A DNA stretch of 64,000 bases from Squalus acanthias (taxonomy: Eukaryota). Positions 25,796 to 38,366 of this stretch are shown here, piece by piece. The stretch spans positions 92,132,001 to 92,196,000 of the forward strand of contig CM059436.1 of assembly GCA_030390025.1 (NCBI GenBank), written 5' to 3'. Each line of letters starts with the position of its first letter. Within the stretch, counting starts at the first letter, position 1. Made by a program: the position numbers and the translations under genes. Under the pieces are notes generated by a model. It was not told the DNA's origin. It did not search any database and was given only the letters and a program-made list of their open reading frames with translations.

Positions 25796-26482
25796 CTTCA
25801 AGAGATCAGGGTTTCAAGGCCCATTCCTAGTTTTGGGTACATAATCTAGGCTGACAGTTTGGTACAGTACTGAGGAGGTGAGACTCCTCAGGTTTAGTTT
25901 ACCTGTACAGGTGGACTATAAAGATACTATGGAACTGTCGAAAAGAAGAGCAGGGAATTCTCCCAGTATCCTGACAAATACTCATTCGTCAACCACACCA
26001 TTCTTAAACTAGTCATACATTTCATTGCTGTTGGGGAGATCTTGCCATTTGCAAAATGGTTGCTCTGTTTGCCTGCACGAGTCATTGCACTTGAAAGTAA
26101 TAAAAGCACTTTGGAAAATTTGAGAGACATGATAAGATGTTATAGTCCTTTTTTTACATACTGGTGACAGGCAAGCGCACATAATGTTCCAACATCTCTT
26201 AAGGGCATGCCTCAAGGTGAATTTCTTGATTAAAAATGATCAAATTGGCTTTGCCAATTTGTACTATCCCAACCCTTTCATAAAACGAGTCCTTCCTTTT
26301 GGAAAGACAGGGTCACGAGAAGGTTTTCTCGATGGCGCAAGGATTGACTTTAAATTGAATTATTCAAAACAGGAATTTAAAAAAAAAATTTTTTTTTTTT
26401 TTTAAATTGGTATGGGTTGTGGGAACTTGCGAGCCAGAGAAGCATTCCATGAGTAGTACTCCCACCAATTTCCAATCTCCTT

Positions 26483-26975
26483 GTGGACTAATGATCCAGA
26501 GACGTGAGTTCAAATCCACGGCAGCTGGGGAATTTAAATTCAGTTAATTAAATAAATCTGGAATAAAAAGCTAGTATCAGTAATGGTGACCATGAAACTA
26601 TCGGATTGTCGTAAAAACCCATCTGGTTCACTAATGTCCTTTAGGGAAGGAAATCTGCCGTCCTTACCCGGTCTGGCCTATATGTGACTCCAGACCCACA
26701 GCAATGTGGTTGACTCTTAACTGCCCTCTGAAATGGCCTAGCAAGCCACTCAGTTGTAACAAACCGCTACGAAACAAAATAATAAGACGGACTGCAGCGG
26801 TTCAAGGCGGCAGCTCACCACCACCTTCTCAAGGGCAATTAGGGATGGGCAATAAATGCTGGCCTGCATGAAGTGTAGCCACTTGTACAAGGTAATAGAG
26901 GTCATCCAGTGTACATTGAACGTTATCTCGCAACGAGTCAGTGCTTTCAGCGACGCCCACATACGAATAAAAAAA
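26483..26975 (+). mobile_element. Bipartite SINE-like derivative of the same LINE (with an 85-bp templated insert)
   Basis: Begins at the same base as the LINE copy (GTGGACTAATGATCCAGAG) and joins 5' sequence …AATAATAAGA directly to 3' sequence CGGACTGCAGCGG…. Confidence 0.85.
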
Positions 26976-28079
26976 GTGCAGCAGGTTCTCAATTAAAATG
27001 AACAGTCGTGAATTCAAATAGTTTTCTCATGGATTCTCGCTGCACATACCTACAAAAAATTGGGAGCAAATGGAACTTTGTGGAGGAACAACTCAAACCA
27101 AATAAAAATGACAATGCACGCACATTTCCAAGCAAGTGCTGGCTAAAAGTTTCACGTGCTGGAATTGGATTAAAAGCTGTGCTAAAATTACAAGAACTCT
27201 TTGTTCCCACAGATTTAACAGAGCAGTTGACTGGTAACAGCGTAGTCCTGGCATTCTTTTGTTTATGCAATTATGTAACATCTGTATCTCCATGCCGATT
27301 GGAGTTTGAAGAATCATATGCAAACATCACGTTCTCTTTCTTTTGTGCACTTCCACCATTTTCTGTAAGGCAACCCTCAGCCTGTTTTTTTTTAAACCTG
27401 ATTTCTATGTCTTGCACAGTTCCTTTTGATTGGGTCCAGCTTTTCCCGTGATCAAACAGGAGCGAATTAGGAGAGACACATGGAAGCAAATATATATTTA
27501 CATTAATAATCTCACATTTTATGTAAATATCTTTTTAATGCTAATTCACGACATAACTATTTCATTGCCAATTTCTCCCCTACCCTCCCGAAAGCACTGA
27601 CTCGTTGCGAGATAACGTTCAATGTACACTGGATGACCTCTATTACCTTGTACAAGTGGGTACACTTCATGCAGAAGACTAAACAGCGAGTGACAGCAGG
27701 CTATTCAGTCATGGAGGGCCTCATGGCCTAATTAGATTCCAAGCTCACTCAACATTCACACTTTCCATCAGAGGATCAGTGGACATCAATCAAATCCCCC
27801 CCCCCGCAGGCTCTGGAGCACTGAGGCCAATTGGAGCACACCAACTGCTATCCAGGCTGAAATCAGTTAACTCTGCAGAATCAAGGAGGCTAACCTGCAA
27901 TTCTCTGGTCCATGCGGTTTAGTGACTTTACCCACTAGGCCATGAGGGGAGCCAAACAATGTTTTCTGGGGTGGTGGGAGGTGGCGCAGAGACCGGGGAT
28001 TAATCTAAATATGGATCAAAGAAGGAGCTGAAGCACCGATTATTAACCAGATAGAAATAATGGAATAAGAGTGCAATAG

Positions 28080-29250
28080 ATCTGCTGTGCAGTAATAAGA
28101 AATAACTACTTAGGTTTAAACTACATAATAGACTACTGAATAAGGTCAGAGCATGCGGAGTCGGGGGGAAAAGTAGCAGAATGGAAAGCTAGCTGGCTGC
28201 AAGACAGAAAGCAGAGAGATGGGGTAAAGGGTAGCTATTCACAGGGACAGCAGGTGAAAAGTGGGGTCCCACAAGGATCAGTGCTAGGTGCACTGTTGTT
28301 CACAATTTAGATTATCGATTTAGACTTTGGAATCAAAAACACAATTTCTAAATTTGCAGACGACACCAAATTGGGAGGATAGTCAACACTGAGGAGGACT
28401 GATACAAATTACTAGACATTAATAAACTTGCAGAATGGCCATATAATTGGCAAATGAATTTCAACATAGTAAGTGTGAGGTATTACTTTTTGGTAAGAAA
28501 AATAAGGAGGTCACATATTACTTGGAAAATAAGAATCTAAATGGGGTAGAGGAGCAAAGGGATCTGGGAGTACAAATACACAAATCATTAAAATTTGTGA
28601 CGCAGGTCAATAAGGCCATAACGAAAGCAAACCAAGCACTAGGGTTTATTTCTAGAGGGATAGAATTGAAAAGTAGAGAGTGATGCTAAATTTGCATTGA
28701 GCCTTGGTTAGACCACACTGTGTACAGTTCTGGTCGCCATATTATAACACGGATATAGATGTACTGGAGAGGGTGCAAAAAGATTTACAAGGATGATACC
28801 AGAACTGCGAGGTTATACCTATCAGAATGGATGAACAGGCTGGGTCGCTTAAAGCTGAGGGGTGACCTAAGAGAGGTCTTTAAAATTATGAAAGGTTTTG
28901 ATAGAGCAGACACAGAGAGAGTTTCCATTTGTGGGGAAGAGCAAAACTAGAGGCCATCAATATAAGATAGTCACCAAGAAATCCAATAGGGAATTCAGAA
29001 GAAACTTCTTTACCCAGAGAGTGGTGAGAATGTGGAACTCGCTACCACAGGGAGTAGTTGAGGCGAATAGTATAGATGCATTTAAGGGGAGGCTAGACAA
29101 GCATATGAGGGAGAAGGGAATAGAGGGTTCCACTGATAGAGTTAGCTGAGGAAGGATGGGAGGAGACTCGAGTGGAGCATAAACACCAGCATGGACTGGT
29201 TGGGCCGAATGGCCTGTTTCTGCGCTGTATATTCTATGTAATTCTATGTA
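28080..29250 (+). mobile_element. CR1 LINE 3' portion (degenerate)
   Basis: GVPQGSVLG, KFADDTK, EQRDLGV and FFTQRVVRMWNSLP motifs, ending in an (ATTCTATGT)n tail. Confidence 0.9.
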
Positions 29251-31142
29251 AACTCAATAAAATATCTTTGGCCATTTCCTCAGTCTCAAAACAGACACTG
29301 GATGGTATGGAAAATGAAAAGTTCACACTGGTGCAGTAGTCGGTGCAGTTCTGGGCCTAAGGCACACAGTTGGAGCAAAGCAAAGTTTTAATCTCCAGCT
29401 GTCTGTGCTATACCTGACCTTGGAGTGCTCAATGCTAGCACTGGATGAAAAAAAAATGTTTCACACTCCCCAGCATGGATATCTTTCACCTTGATGAGCA
29501 CAGAACCTTCTCCCCACCTCTGTAACCTACCTATTTTCTCAAGTAACAGCACTCAACAAAAATAAGTGACTGCACAGTCATAAGTTAAATCTGGTTCGTG
29601 TGTTGAACTAAAATATATATATCTGCCAAATGGCATTTAAAGTGATTGCTTTTGATCAGCATGCTGCACCTGCTTCAGCTTGCTAATCATGGCATCACTG
29701 CACTGTAGGTTAAGGGAAAGTCCCAGCTAATATCTATCTGTAATGAGACTAAATAGCTATAGGGACAATTTTATTTTGTGAAACACCAAATACAGTACTG
29801 CAAATGATTTTATTCTATGATTCTATGAATGCTTTCAACCATTTGAATGCCTTTTTTTCAATGTTTAATGATCTTAATAGAGAGACACTGGCCTCCAACA
29901 AAATACTGACAAAACACAAATGGTATAGTGCAGGCTTCCTCTTCCCTCCCCTGCAATTATGCAAATCACAGAAAAGCAAATTAGAGGATACGTAGATTCT
30001 GTGAGATAGTATAAAACAGTTAACAAAAGAAATGTTAGCGGTGAATAAGAACTCTGCGAAAAGTAACAAGCACATAATGTAGAATAAATATAGAATGTAA
30101 TCTATCAGCACAAGACCTATCAGCTCTTTGCATAAGACTAATCCAATGGTTTGAGTATTAAATCTTCTAAAGCTATTTTAAGAGGTTCCATTAACGCAGG
30201 GCAGCAACCTAATAGCACCAAGCTTGGCAAGGTATGCTGTATTTAGTATGCACTTTGCATTAGAGCCGCAGCGTTAAGGAGCTCCAACCCTTAAGCCTCA
30301 TTTGAAATTTTAAATAAAAATTGAAGATTTTTTTCAGAAAATAACATTTTGGGACACAGTATAGGAGAAATTTGAGACATGACATGTGGTAAGTGTAGCG
30401 TGCTTGGGAAGAAAAGGGCAGCTTTAGACCGATGGTTCCCAAAGCTCTCCGCACTGGGAATTTCCCAGTGTCATGTCTGGGTCTTTTGTAGACTAATTAA
30501 TGGAGATTGACTGCTATGATTAGTCAACAACTCCATTATCGTTGTATCATGCGATTACCGGGATGGTAGAAGGCAAACTAGATGGACCTCGGGCATTTAT
30601 CGTCGAGCTATTCTTATATTCCTAGTATTTCTCAACTATTTATCAACTTCCCTCTTAAATGTCATTACTGACTTAACTTTCATAGCCATTTACGGCAAAG
30701 CAATCTATATCCATACTCTCAAGTTTTAAAACTTGTCTTCTAACCTCCCACTTCCTGCTTCCAGTACGAGCCCTAAATTTATCTTATCCCCCAACAAGAA
30801 ATTTTCCTGATGTCCTGGTGACAATTCTCCCTCATCCAACACCACCAACACAAAAGCAGATTAACTGATCATTCATCTTGTTGCTGTCATGGGTAAATTG
30901 TTGTGTATAAAATGGCTGCCGTGTTTATCAACATAACTTTAACAGCACTTTAATAAGAAGATTGCATGTGAAACCAAGAAATCCATTTGCTATTTTATTT
31001 TATTTTTCCACATGTAATCTTGCTTTTAAAGATCTGTGTATCTGGCATTCTTGGAACTCTGTTCCTCCATTGCATTGACTTTTTTGAATCTGCCTACAGC
31101 ATATTTTACTGTAAAAGGTGGGGAGAGGAGAGGAAACGGGGG

Positions 31143-31642
31143 NNNNNNNNNNNNNNNNNNNNNNNNNNNNNNNNNNNNNNNNNNNNNNNNNNNNNNNNNN
31201 NNNNNNNNNNNNNNNNNNNNNNNNNNNNNNNNNNNNNNNNNNNNNNNNNNNNNNNNNNNNNNNNNNNNNNNNNNNNNNNNNNNNNNNNNNNNNNNNNNNN
31301 NNNNNNNNNNNNNNNNNNNNNNNNNNNNNNNNNNNNNNNNNNNNNNNNNNNNNNNNNNNNNNNNNNNNNNNNNNNNNNNNNNNNNNNNNNNNNNNNNNNN
31401 NNNNNNNNNNNNNNNNNNNNNNNNNNNNNNNNNNNNNNNNNNNNNNNNNNNNNNNNNNNNNNNNNNNNNNNNNNNNNNNNNNNNNNNNNNNNNNNNNNNN
31501 NNNNNNNNNNNNNNNNNNNNNNNNNNNNNNNNNNNNNNNNNNNNNNNNNNNNNNNNNNNNNNNNNNNNNNNNNNNNNNNNNNNNNNNNNNNNNNNNNNNN
31601 NNNNNNNNNNNNNNNNNNNNNNNNNNNNNNNNNNNNNNNNNN
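31143..31642. other. Assembly gap (500 N) flanked by purine-rich GGAGAGGAAACGGG-like repeats
   Basis: N run with G/A-rich repeat units on both sides. Confidence 0.98.
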
Positions 31643-32471
31643 AAAACGGGGAGGGGAGAGAGGGGAAACGGGGAGGTCGGGAGAGAGGAAACAGGAAAAG
31701 GACAAACTAATCCATGTCACTCTCAGAATCCATAAAGACAGTTTGAGTGGCATTAGCTTCAGGACCAAAAGAGGCGATGAGAACAATTTAAATTGAATAT
31801 GGAGGAGGGTATGAGGCCTTTTAAACCTTCAAATTGAAACTTTTAGAATTTCAGTTTACTCCGCCTACACAGATAGTAGCTGAATGATTATAGAGTTGAT
31901 ATAAATATAAAGTATACAAACATTTATTAAAATAAATATAGCTACCTGAAGGTTAACTGGGAACTGTAACACAACCTATACTATAAAGGACAATGCCACT
32001 GCACTAAACAAGATTTGGATATTTATAGTCTGTGACCCATTGAATCATCTTTCTCAATGATAAGTGGTTGAATTCTTGTGAAATTAACCAAGTTATCCTT
32101 TAATACGCAGTTGAATTATTTACACAATTGTTAAATTATATTCTGGCAATTTCCTTGTCTGAAAAAAAATTTAAGTTTTTCATTTTTCAAATGACCTCTT
32201 CCGTCTTTGCGGAAAGCGGACTCAACGTTCAAATGCAAGTGAAACCTACGGCCAGGTCTGTTTCAGTTATCAAAGGCTACATTTAATGCTGTTGTAGTGC
32301 AACACTTCAAACTCGAAAAAAACGAGCGTTTAGATGTAGGAAATTGATCCTTTAATGTTTCACCTGATTTGACCAGACAGATTTGGAACTCGTTATTACG
32401 ACGACTGATTACCCTGGTGCTCTATCTTTTGTACTACAGTACTAGCCCACGCAGAGAAGGACTGGTCTTAC

Positions 32472-32650
32472 CTCCGACAACCAGTTCTCATTCCTGTCTT
32501 CGCATCTGTGCCGAGGTCGTTGTCCCTTCCTTTGCTGGCTGCTGCCTTGTGGCGGTGCTTCAATCTCGGTGCAGACTGTGCCGAGTCCTTTTGCAGGGTC
32601 GTGACGGTCGTGTCATGTTCTACTGTCAGGGAATTATTCCTCCTTTGCAT
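32472..32650 (-). CDS. ABHD12: ABHD12 (lyso-PS lipase) coding exon 1
   Basis: ATG at 32650 gives MQRRNNSLTVEHDTTVTTLQ...DAKTGMRTGCR(R), resembling human MRKRTEPVALEHE...DAGMKRALGR. It ends at the AG|GTAAGA donor in phase 2 and joins exon 2 in frame. GC-rich sequence lies upstream. Confidence 0.85.
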
Positions 32651-33000
32651 TACTAGAAAAACAAAACGCCAAGAGCCACCTTTATTTAGGGGAGGGAGGG
32701 AGAGAGGGAAAAATAGAAGAGCTGAAGGCAGAGGGGTGGGGGGAGTTAAAGGAACCGGTGGGGGATGAGCCGTGCTAAAGCAGACCGTCCGGACTTCAGT
32801 CTCCCAGTGTTTTGGTTTTTCTAAGGGCGCCCAGTTCGCTACATTGTTTGCAGCGACTCCCACCGCTTCGCATCAGCTGATCAGCCACCACCTCCGACCT
32901 CTCACCCGTTTGGAGCGCACACGCCTCCCACATTTTAAGAGTCAAAGTGTTGAATTCGGCAACCATTTTTCAGACAGGCAGGCAGGAAAAAAAAGTCACG
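32651..33000 (-). promoter_or_regulatory. ABHD12 5'UTR/proximal promoter
   Basis: Repeat-free, CpG-enriched sequence immediately upstream of the ABHD12 ATG. Confidence 0.5.
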
Positions 33001-33194
33001 AAATAATTGGGCTTGTAACATTACACTTTTAAGAAAACATCTCCCAGCTGAATTATAAATATATACAACCAGGTTTTTTGTGCGAATGTCACAAATGTAA
33101 TGCATGAGCTGTCTGGCAGTAAGTTGTAAGTCAGTAATTCAACTGAGTGTACTCTTTTGTATGGACCATAAACAAATAAACTGTAACTAATTAA

Positions 33195-33485
33195 ACATTA
33201 AATGAAACCTAACAACTTAAATTAAAATTTGGTTGGCCAGAGTGATGATGCACTCCAGTCCCTGCGGTGCCCACCGGTCGCGGAAGGCCTCGAGCTTGCC
33301 GGCGGACACCACGTGCTCCATCTCCAGGGCCACCCGGGCGCGAACATGGCCGCGGAAGAGAGGCAGACATTCGGGCCGAATGACCCCCCTCGATCGCCCA
33401 CTGCCTGGACCAGTTGATGGCCACTTTGGCCAGGCCCAGGAGCAGTCCTACGAGGAGGTCCCCCGATCTGCCCGCTTTCAACTGA
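33195..33485 (-). mobile_element. Tx1/L1-clade LINE 3' fragment
   Basis: GC-rich segment translating to DLLVGLLLGLAKVAINWSRQ…LFRGHVRARVALEMEH…EAFRDRWAPQG, typical of the Tx1-like ORF2 C-terminus. Confidence 0.6.
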
Positions 33486-34023
33486 GTGTAGCACAAGTGT
33501 TTAATAAAAAAATTGTGCAGCACAGAATTAATTACTCCTGTCTACTTCCACTGGCAGGAGGGTCAGTAAGCAGAGGATGCAGATTTAAGGTAATTGGCAA
33601 AAGAACCAGAGGGAAGATGAGGAGCATTTTTCTACACAAGTTGTTATGATCTGGAATGCACTGCCTGACGGGGGGGGTGGAAGCAGATTCAATAGTAACT
33701 TTCAAAAGGAAATTGGATATATACTTCAAAAGAAAAAAATTGCAAGGCTATGGGGAAAGAGCATATGTCTTTACTTGGATATATTATTTGCAGTCACACG
33801 ATTTCCTTGACTTCGGTTAAGTGGAAGAATAATCACTCTCAGATAGTAATTTAGACCAGAGGTTCTCAACCGGGGGTCAGCGAGAAGATTTCAGGGGGTC
33901 CGCCAGTTGGTTTGTCCCTTCAATATACAGGGGAGGCTATTGATGTTGGTGGCATAAACATCAGTAGTCTCCCCTGTATATTGAGACGAGTGGAATATTC
34001 TCAGCTATTCAAAGACTGTGCAC

Positions 34024-34161
34024 CAATGTTCCCCCAATTGTTTTTTTGGGTGCGTGCGTGGCCCATTCAAAGTTTCACACACGTGCAAATTTTCACATTG
34101 GAAAAGCCGGTCCCGGGCTGCGCAGGACCAGCAGAGCGGCCGCAGCTTAGAGGGAACGTTG
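34024..34161. mobile_element. hAT-type MITE, same family
   Basis: TIRs CAATGTTCCC/GGGAACGTTG and perfect TSD CTGTGCAC (34016-34023 and 34162-34169). Confidence 0.82.
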
Positions 34162-34301
34162 CTGTGCACGAGCAGTTAATTCAGGTTCTTACTGTTGGAC
34201 ACGATTTGAACGCTTAGACAAGTCCCTTGGTGTGTAACTGACTTTTACAGCAGTATTGATCGCGGTAAGTTTTTTTTTGTTCCAGCCCATATCGCTTCCA
34301 T

Positions 34302-34523
34302 TGTTGAGGCTACCGCGAAACACGAATTAAGGCTGAATCCATTTGTGTTAAACAAGAGACTTTTTAATCACAGCATGGCACAAAATGGCAGACTGAAAAG
34401 CTCCCAGAATTCTCTGGGTAAAACCTGAGGCCCCGCCCCCTTCTGCCTTAAAGGTAAGGTGCCGGAAATTTGTCCACAGACGGAAGAGTGGATTATGCCC
34501 GTTTTAGGTGGCGATCCGCCACA
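34302..34523 (-). repeat. 3' LTR (222 bp)
   Basis: Direct repeat of 38367-38604; preceded on the minus strand by the polypurine tract. Confidence 0.95.
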
Positions 34524-34543
34524 CAGCTCCCCCCAGAATCCGC

Positions 34544-37373
34544 TTAGGAGGTGTGGACGAGACGGTGCGGCGGTCTGATGGGCCGGCCGGAGCGGCTCTT
34601 GTAGGACGCCGGTGGACGTGGAACGGCCAGGCGTGGAGCAACCGGGTGAACCGGCTTGAGGGCAGGTCGGCCGCGTGGAGGTGGACGAGCTACAGGGCCC
34701 TGCTCACCGGGCTCCGAGTGTGCTGGCTTGAGTCGGTCCACCGACACTTTTTCGGTCCTGTCGCCCACTTGCAGGGTGAAAAATTTGTCCCCAGCCTGTA
34801 GCACCTTGTAGGGCCCGTCGTACGGGGGTTGAAGGGGTCCGCAGTGGGCGTCGTGCCGAACGAAAACAAACCGTGCCTGGTGCAGGCTTAGTGAGACGTG
34901 TGAGGTGGATTCGCCGTGCCGGGCAATGGGCACCGGGGTGAACTGCAGCGCCGGTGAGGCGAAGTCGTGGCGTTGCTGGTCAGCTGACCAGGGTGTCGTG
35001 GCGGTGGGCAGGAACTCGCCGGGTACGCGCAGCGGCTGACCGTACACGAGCTCTGCTGCCGATGCGTGGAGGTCTTCTTTAACCGCGGTGTGCAGGCCGA
35101 GGAGGACCCACGGAAGTCGGTCGGTCCAGGTGCCGTCTTGGAGGCTGGCTCGAAGAGATGCCTTCAAGGATCTGTGGAACCGCTCACACAGTCCGTTGGC
35201 TTGGGAGTGGTACGCTGTGGTGCGGTGAATGGTCACCCCGAGATTGCGTGCGACGGCGGTCCAGAGTTCAGAGGTAAATTGCGGACCTCTGTCCGACGTC
35301 ATGTCGGAGGGGACGCCAAACCGTGCAACCCAGGTGCTGACAAAGGCTCTGGCGATGTCGGCGGTGGTGGTAGAGGTCAGTGGAATTGCCTCAGGCCAGC
35401 GTGTGGTGCGGTCAACGATTGTCAGCAAGTGCATGTGGCCTTGCGACGGCGGCAGGGGCCCGACGATGTCCACGTGGATGTGGTCGAATCTCCGCGAGGG
35501 GACGGTAAACTCCTCGAGGGGTGCTTTCGTGTGTTGCTGTACCTTGGCCCGTTGACAGGCTAGGCAGGCGTTGGCCCAAGTACGCACATCCTTGCGAAGG
35601 CCGCGCCAGACAAAGCGGTTGGCTATCAATTTGATGGATGCGCGGGCGCCGGGGTGGGAGAGGTTGTGGAGAATGTCGAATACCCGGCGGCGCCAGGACG
35701 CTGGGACGACGGGCCGAGGTTGACATAGGGATATGTCGCACTTGACCGTGACTGCGGTCGGGCCACAGGCGACGTCGGCCAGGCATAGCCCTGGTAGGTT
35801 GGTGGGTGCGGAGAGCAGATCAGGGTTGGTGATCTGGTCTGCTGCGAGTTGAGCGTAGTCGACTGCTAGGTGTGCGGCGTGGATGGCGAGGCGGGAGAGG
35901 CAGTCGGCTACCACATTGTCTCGGCCGGAGACGTGTTGGATGTCCGTGGTGAACTCGGACACTGCCGCGAGCTGGCGCTGCTGCCTGGCGGACCAGGGGT
36001 CGGTTGTCTTTGCCATTGCGAATGTCAGGGGCTTGTGGTCGACAAACGCAGTGAAGGGGTGGCCCTCAAGCAAAAACCGGAAATGGCGGACCGCCAGGAA
36101 CAGCGCGAGGAGCTCGCGGTCGAAGGTGCTGTACTTGACCTCCGGGGGGCGTAGTTGGCGGCTGAAGAAGGCAAGTGGTTGCCAGGCGCCGTTGACCCAC
36201 TGCTCATACACGGCGCCGACCGCATGGTCGGAGGCGTCCGTGGTGAGCGCTACCCTGGCATTGGGCCGTGGGTGCGCGAGCAGGGTGGCGTTGGCGAGCG
36301 CGGTCTTGGTGGAATCCAAGGCGGTGGACGCGTCTGCCGTCCATTCGACCGCCATCTTGCCGCTCCTGCCCCGGAGGGCTTCATACAGGGGCCTCATGAG
36401 GGACGCCGCTTTGGGGATGAAGCGGTTATAGAAATTCACCATCCCGAGGAACTCCTGGAGGCCTTTGATGGTGGTGGGGCGGGGAAATTGTTGGACGGCC
36501 TGCACCTTGGTGGGCAGGGGAATGGCCCCAGCATGGGTGATGTGGTGGCCGAGGAAGTCGATCTTGTCCAGGCCGAACTGGCATTTGGCTGGGCTGAGGA
36601 TGAGCCCGTGGTTGCTGAGGCGCCCGAACAGGATGCGAAGGTGTTCGAGGTGTTCCTGCTTGGAGGAACTGGCTACCAGGATGTCGTCCAGGTAGACGAA
36701 CAGGAACTTCAGGTCCCGAAGGACCGAGTCCATGAGCCGTTGGAATGTCTGGGCCGCGTTTTTGAGGCCGAAGGGCATCCGCAGGAACTCGAACAGGCCG
36801 AAGGGGGTGATTACGGCCGTCTTGGGGACGTCCGCGGGGTGGACGGGGACTTGGTGGTAGCCGCGCACCAGGTCGACCTTGGAAAAGACTGAATGTGCGG
36901 CACGGGGTACCGATCAGGGGTGGTGGCGTCATTGAGGCGGCGGTAATCCCCGCAGGGGCACCAACCTCCGCCTGGTTTGGGGGCGATGTGGAGTGGGGAG
37001 GCCCAGGGACTGTTGGAGCGGCGGATGATGCCGAGCTGTTCCATAGTGGCAAACTCGGTCCGCGCGATCTCCAGTTTGGCCGGGTCCAGCCTGCGGGCGT
37101 GGGCGTACACTGGGGGGCCTGTGGTGGGGATGAAGTGTTCCACCCCGTGTTTGGCGGCCTCCGCGGAGAAGGTCGGATTGGTAAGGGCCGGGAATTCGGC
37201 CAGGAGTGCCGAGTAGTCATCCGTGGCCCGGGCGTGGCACTGTGACGCCATGTCGGCGGGTTGACGGGGGGCCATGGCGCCCAGGATGGGGGACATGGTG
37301 TTCATGTCCACGAGGCGGTGACGAGGGATGTCTACCAGTAGGCCGTGGGCGCACAGGAAATCTGCGCCGATGA
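34544..37373 (-). pseudogene. Gypsy pol (RT, RNase H, integrase) with a small deletion in RT
   Basis: SNSPWASPLH, GDYRRLN and YPVPHIQ, then a frame-breaking deletion near 36890 before FSKVDLVRGYHQ. After that come YLDD, TTDASD (RH), HxxxH/CxxC, the D-D-E triad (HVDIVG, SDRGPQF, CERFH) and a GPY motif, all in a 774-aa open frame. Confidence 0.92.
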
Positions 37374-38326
37374 GGGGGGGAGAGCACCTTGGCAGTGATG
37401 AACTCCCATCGGTAGCGGTGACCAGCGAGGTCGAGGGTGACTGTCCGGGTGCCATACGTCCGGATTTCCGAGCCGTTAGCAGCAGCCAGCGCCGGTCCTC
37501 GTTCGCCCTTTTGGATGTCGAGGGAGGAGGCCGGGATGATGCTGTGCTGAGCCCCAGTGTCGCACAGGAACCGGCGGCCGGTTTTGTCATCCGTGACGAA
37601 CAACAGGGAGCCCGCGTGGCCCACGGCCATCGCGGGGGCTGGAACGAGGGCGGACTTGAAAGAGCAGGGAGGTGTGCACCGTTGTGCCCTGGCGCCGAAC
37701 CGTGCGTGGTAGTAACAGTGGCCCGGGTTAGTGGGGCGTGAAGGCCCCGTGGGCCTGGTGACAGGCCCTTGTGGCCACGTGCTGGATGGTGAGGGGCGCG
37801 CCCAGGCATTGGCTGCCAGGTCCGGAGTGACGTCGCGGCTGGAGTGAGCGGACAGCAGCTTGTCGGCCTCATCGGCCAGGGCTTCCAGGTTCGTGAGGCC
37901 GGACGCCACGATCGCTGGGCGGATGCTGAGAGGGAGCTGGCGGATGAACAGCGTGCGGAAGAGGGATCCGGGTGGGCTCTCGTCTGTGAGGGAGAGCATG
38001 TGGGAGAGGAGGTCTGACAGTGAGGCATCACCGAGGCCTGGAAGGTCGAGGAGGTGGCAGTTTCGCTGATATGCCGAGGCCGTAAATTTTTTAAGGAGTG
38101 CTGTCCTGAGATGTGCGTGCTTGCCTTCCTCTGGTGGGTTCTGCAGCGTTGTCCAAACCTTGGAAACTGCGGCGCTACCGAGTGATGTGACGAGATAGTC
38201 GTACTTCGTCCCATCTGTGGTGATATTTTGCAGCCGGAAGCGAGATTCAGCTTGGAGAAACCAGGCTTCGGGCTGGTTTTCCCAAAACTCCGGCAGTTTC
38301 ACAGAAACTGCGTTCGTGTCCGCCAT
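37374..38326 (-). pseudogene. Gypsy gag + aspartic protease (frameshifted at a C7 run)
   Basis: KLPEFWENQPEAWFLQAESRF N-terminus, CHCC motif CYYH-x9-CTPPC and protease FLCDTGAQHS. The frame shifts at the G7 run 37374-37380 (+ strand) into …PLIGADFL. Confidence 0.85.
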
Positions 38327-38366
38327 TGCAGTGCTCGGAATACGTTCTGAGCGTCGGGGTCACCAA

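Noticed and set aside
26989-27489. Cluster of short ORFs in unique-looking sequence
   Set aside because: No recognisable motif, interrupted by stops, and no convincing splice sites.
30987-31796. Long ORFs of 205-269 aa in the ORF track
   Set aside because: Artefacts of the 500-N gap (poly-X).
34508-38069. Many overlapping plus-strand ORFs (up to 245 aa)
   Set aside because: Antisense shadows of the GC-rich Gypsy gag-pol; no recognisable domains.
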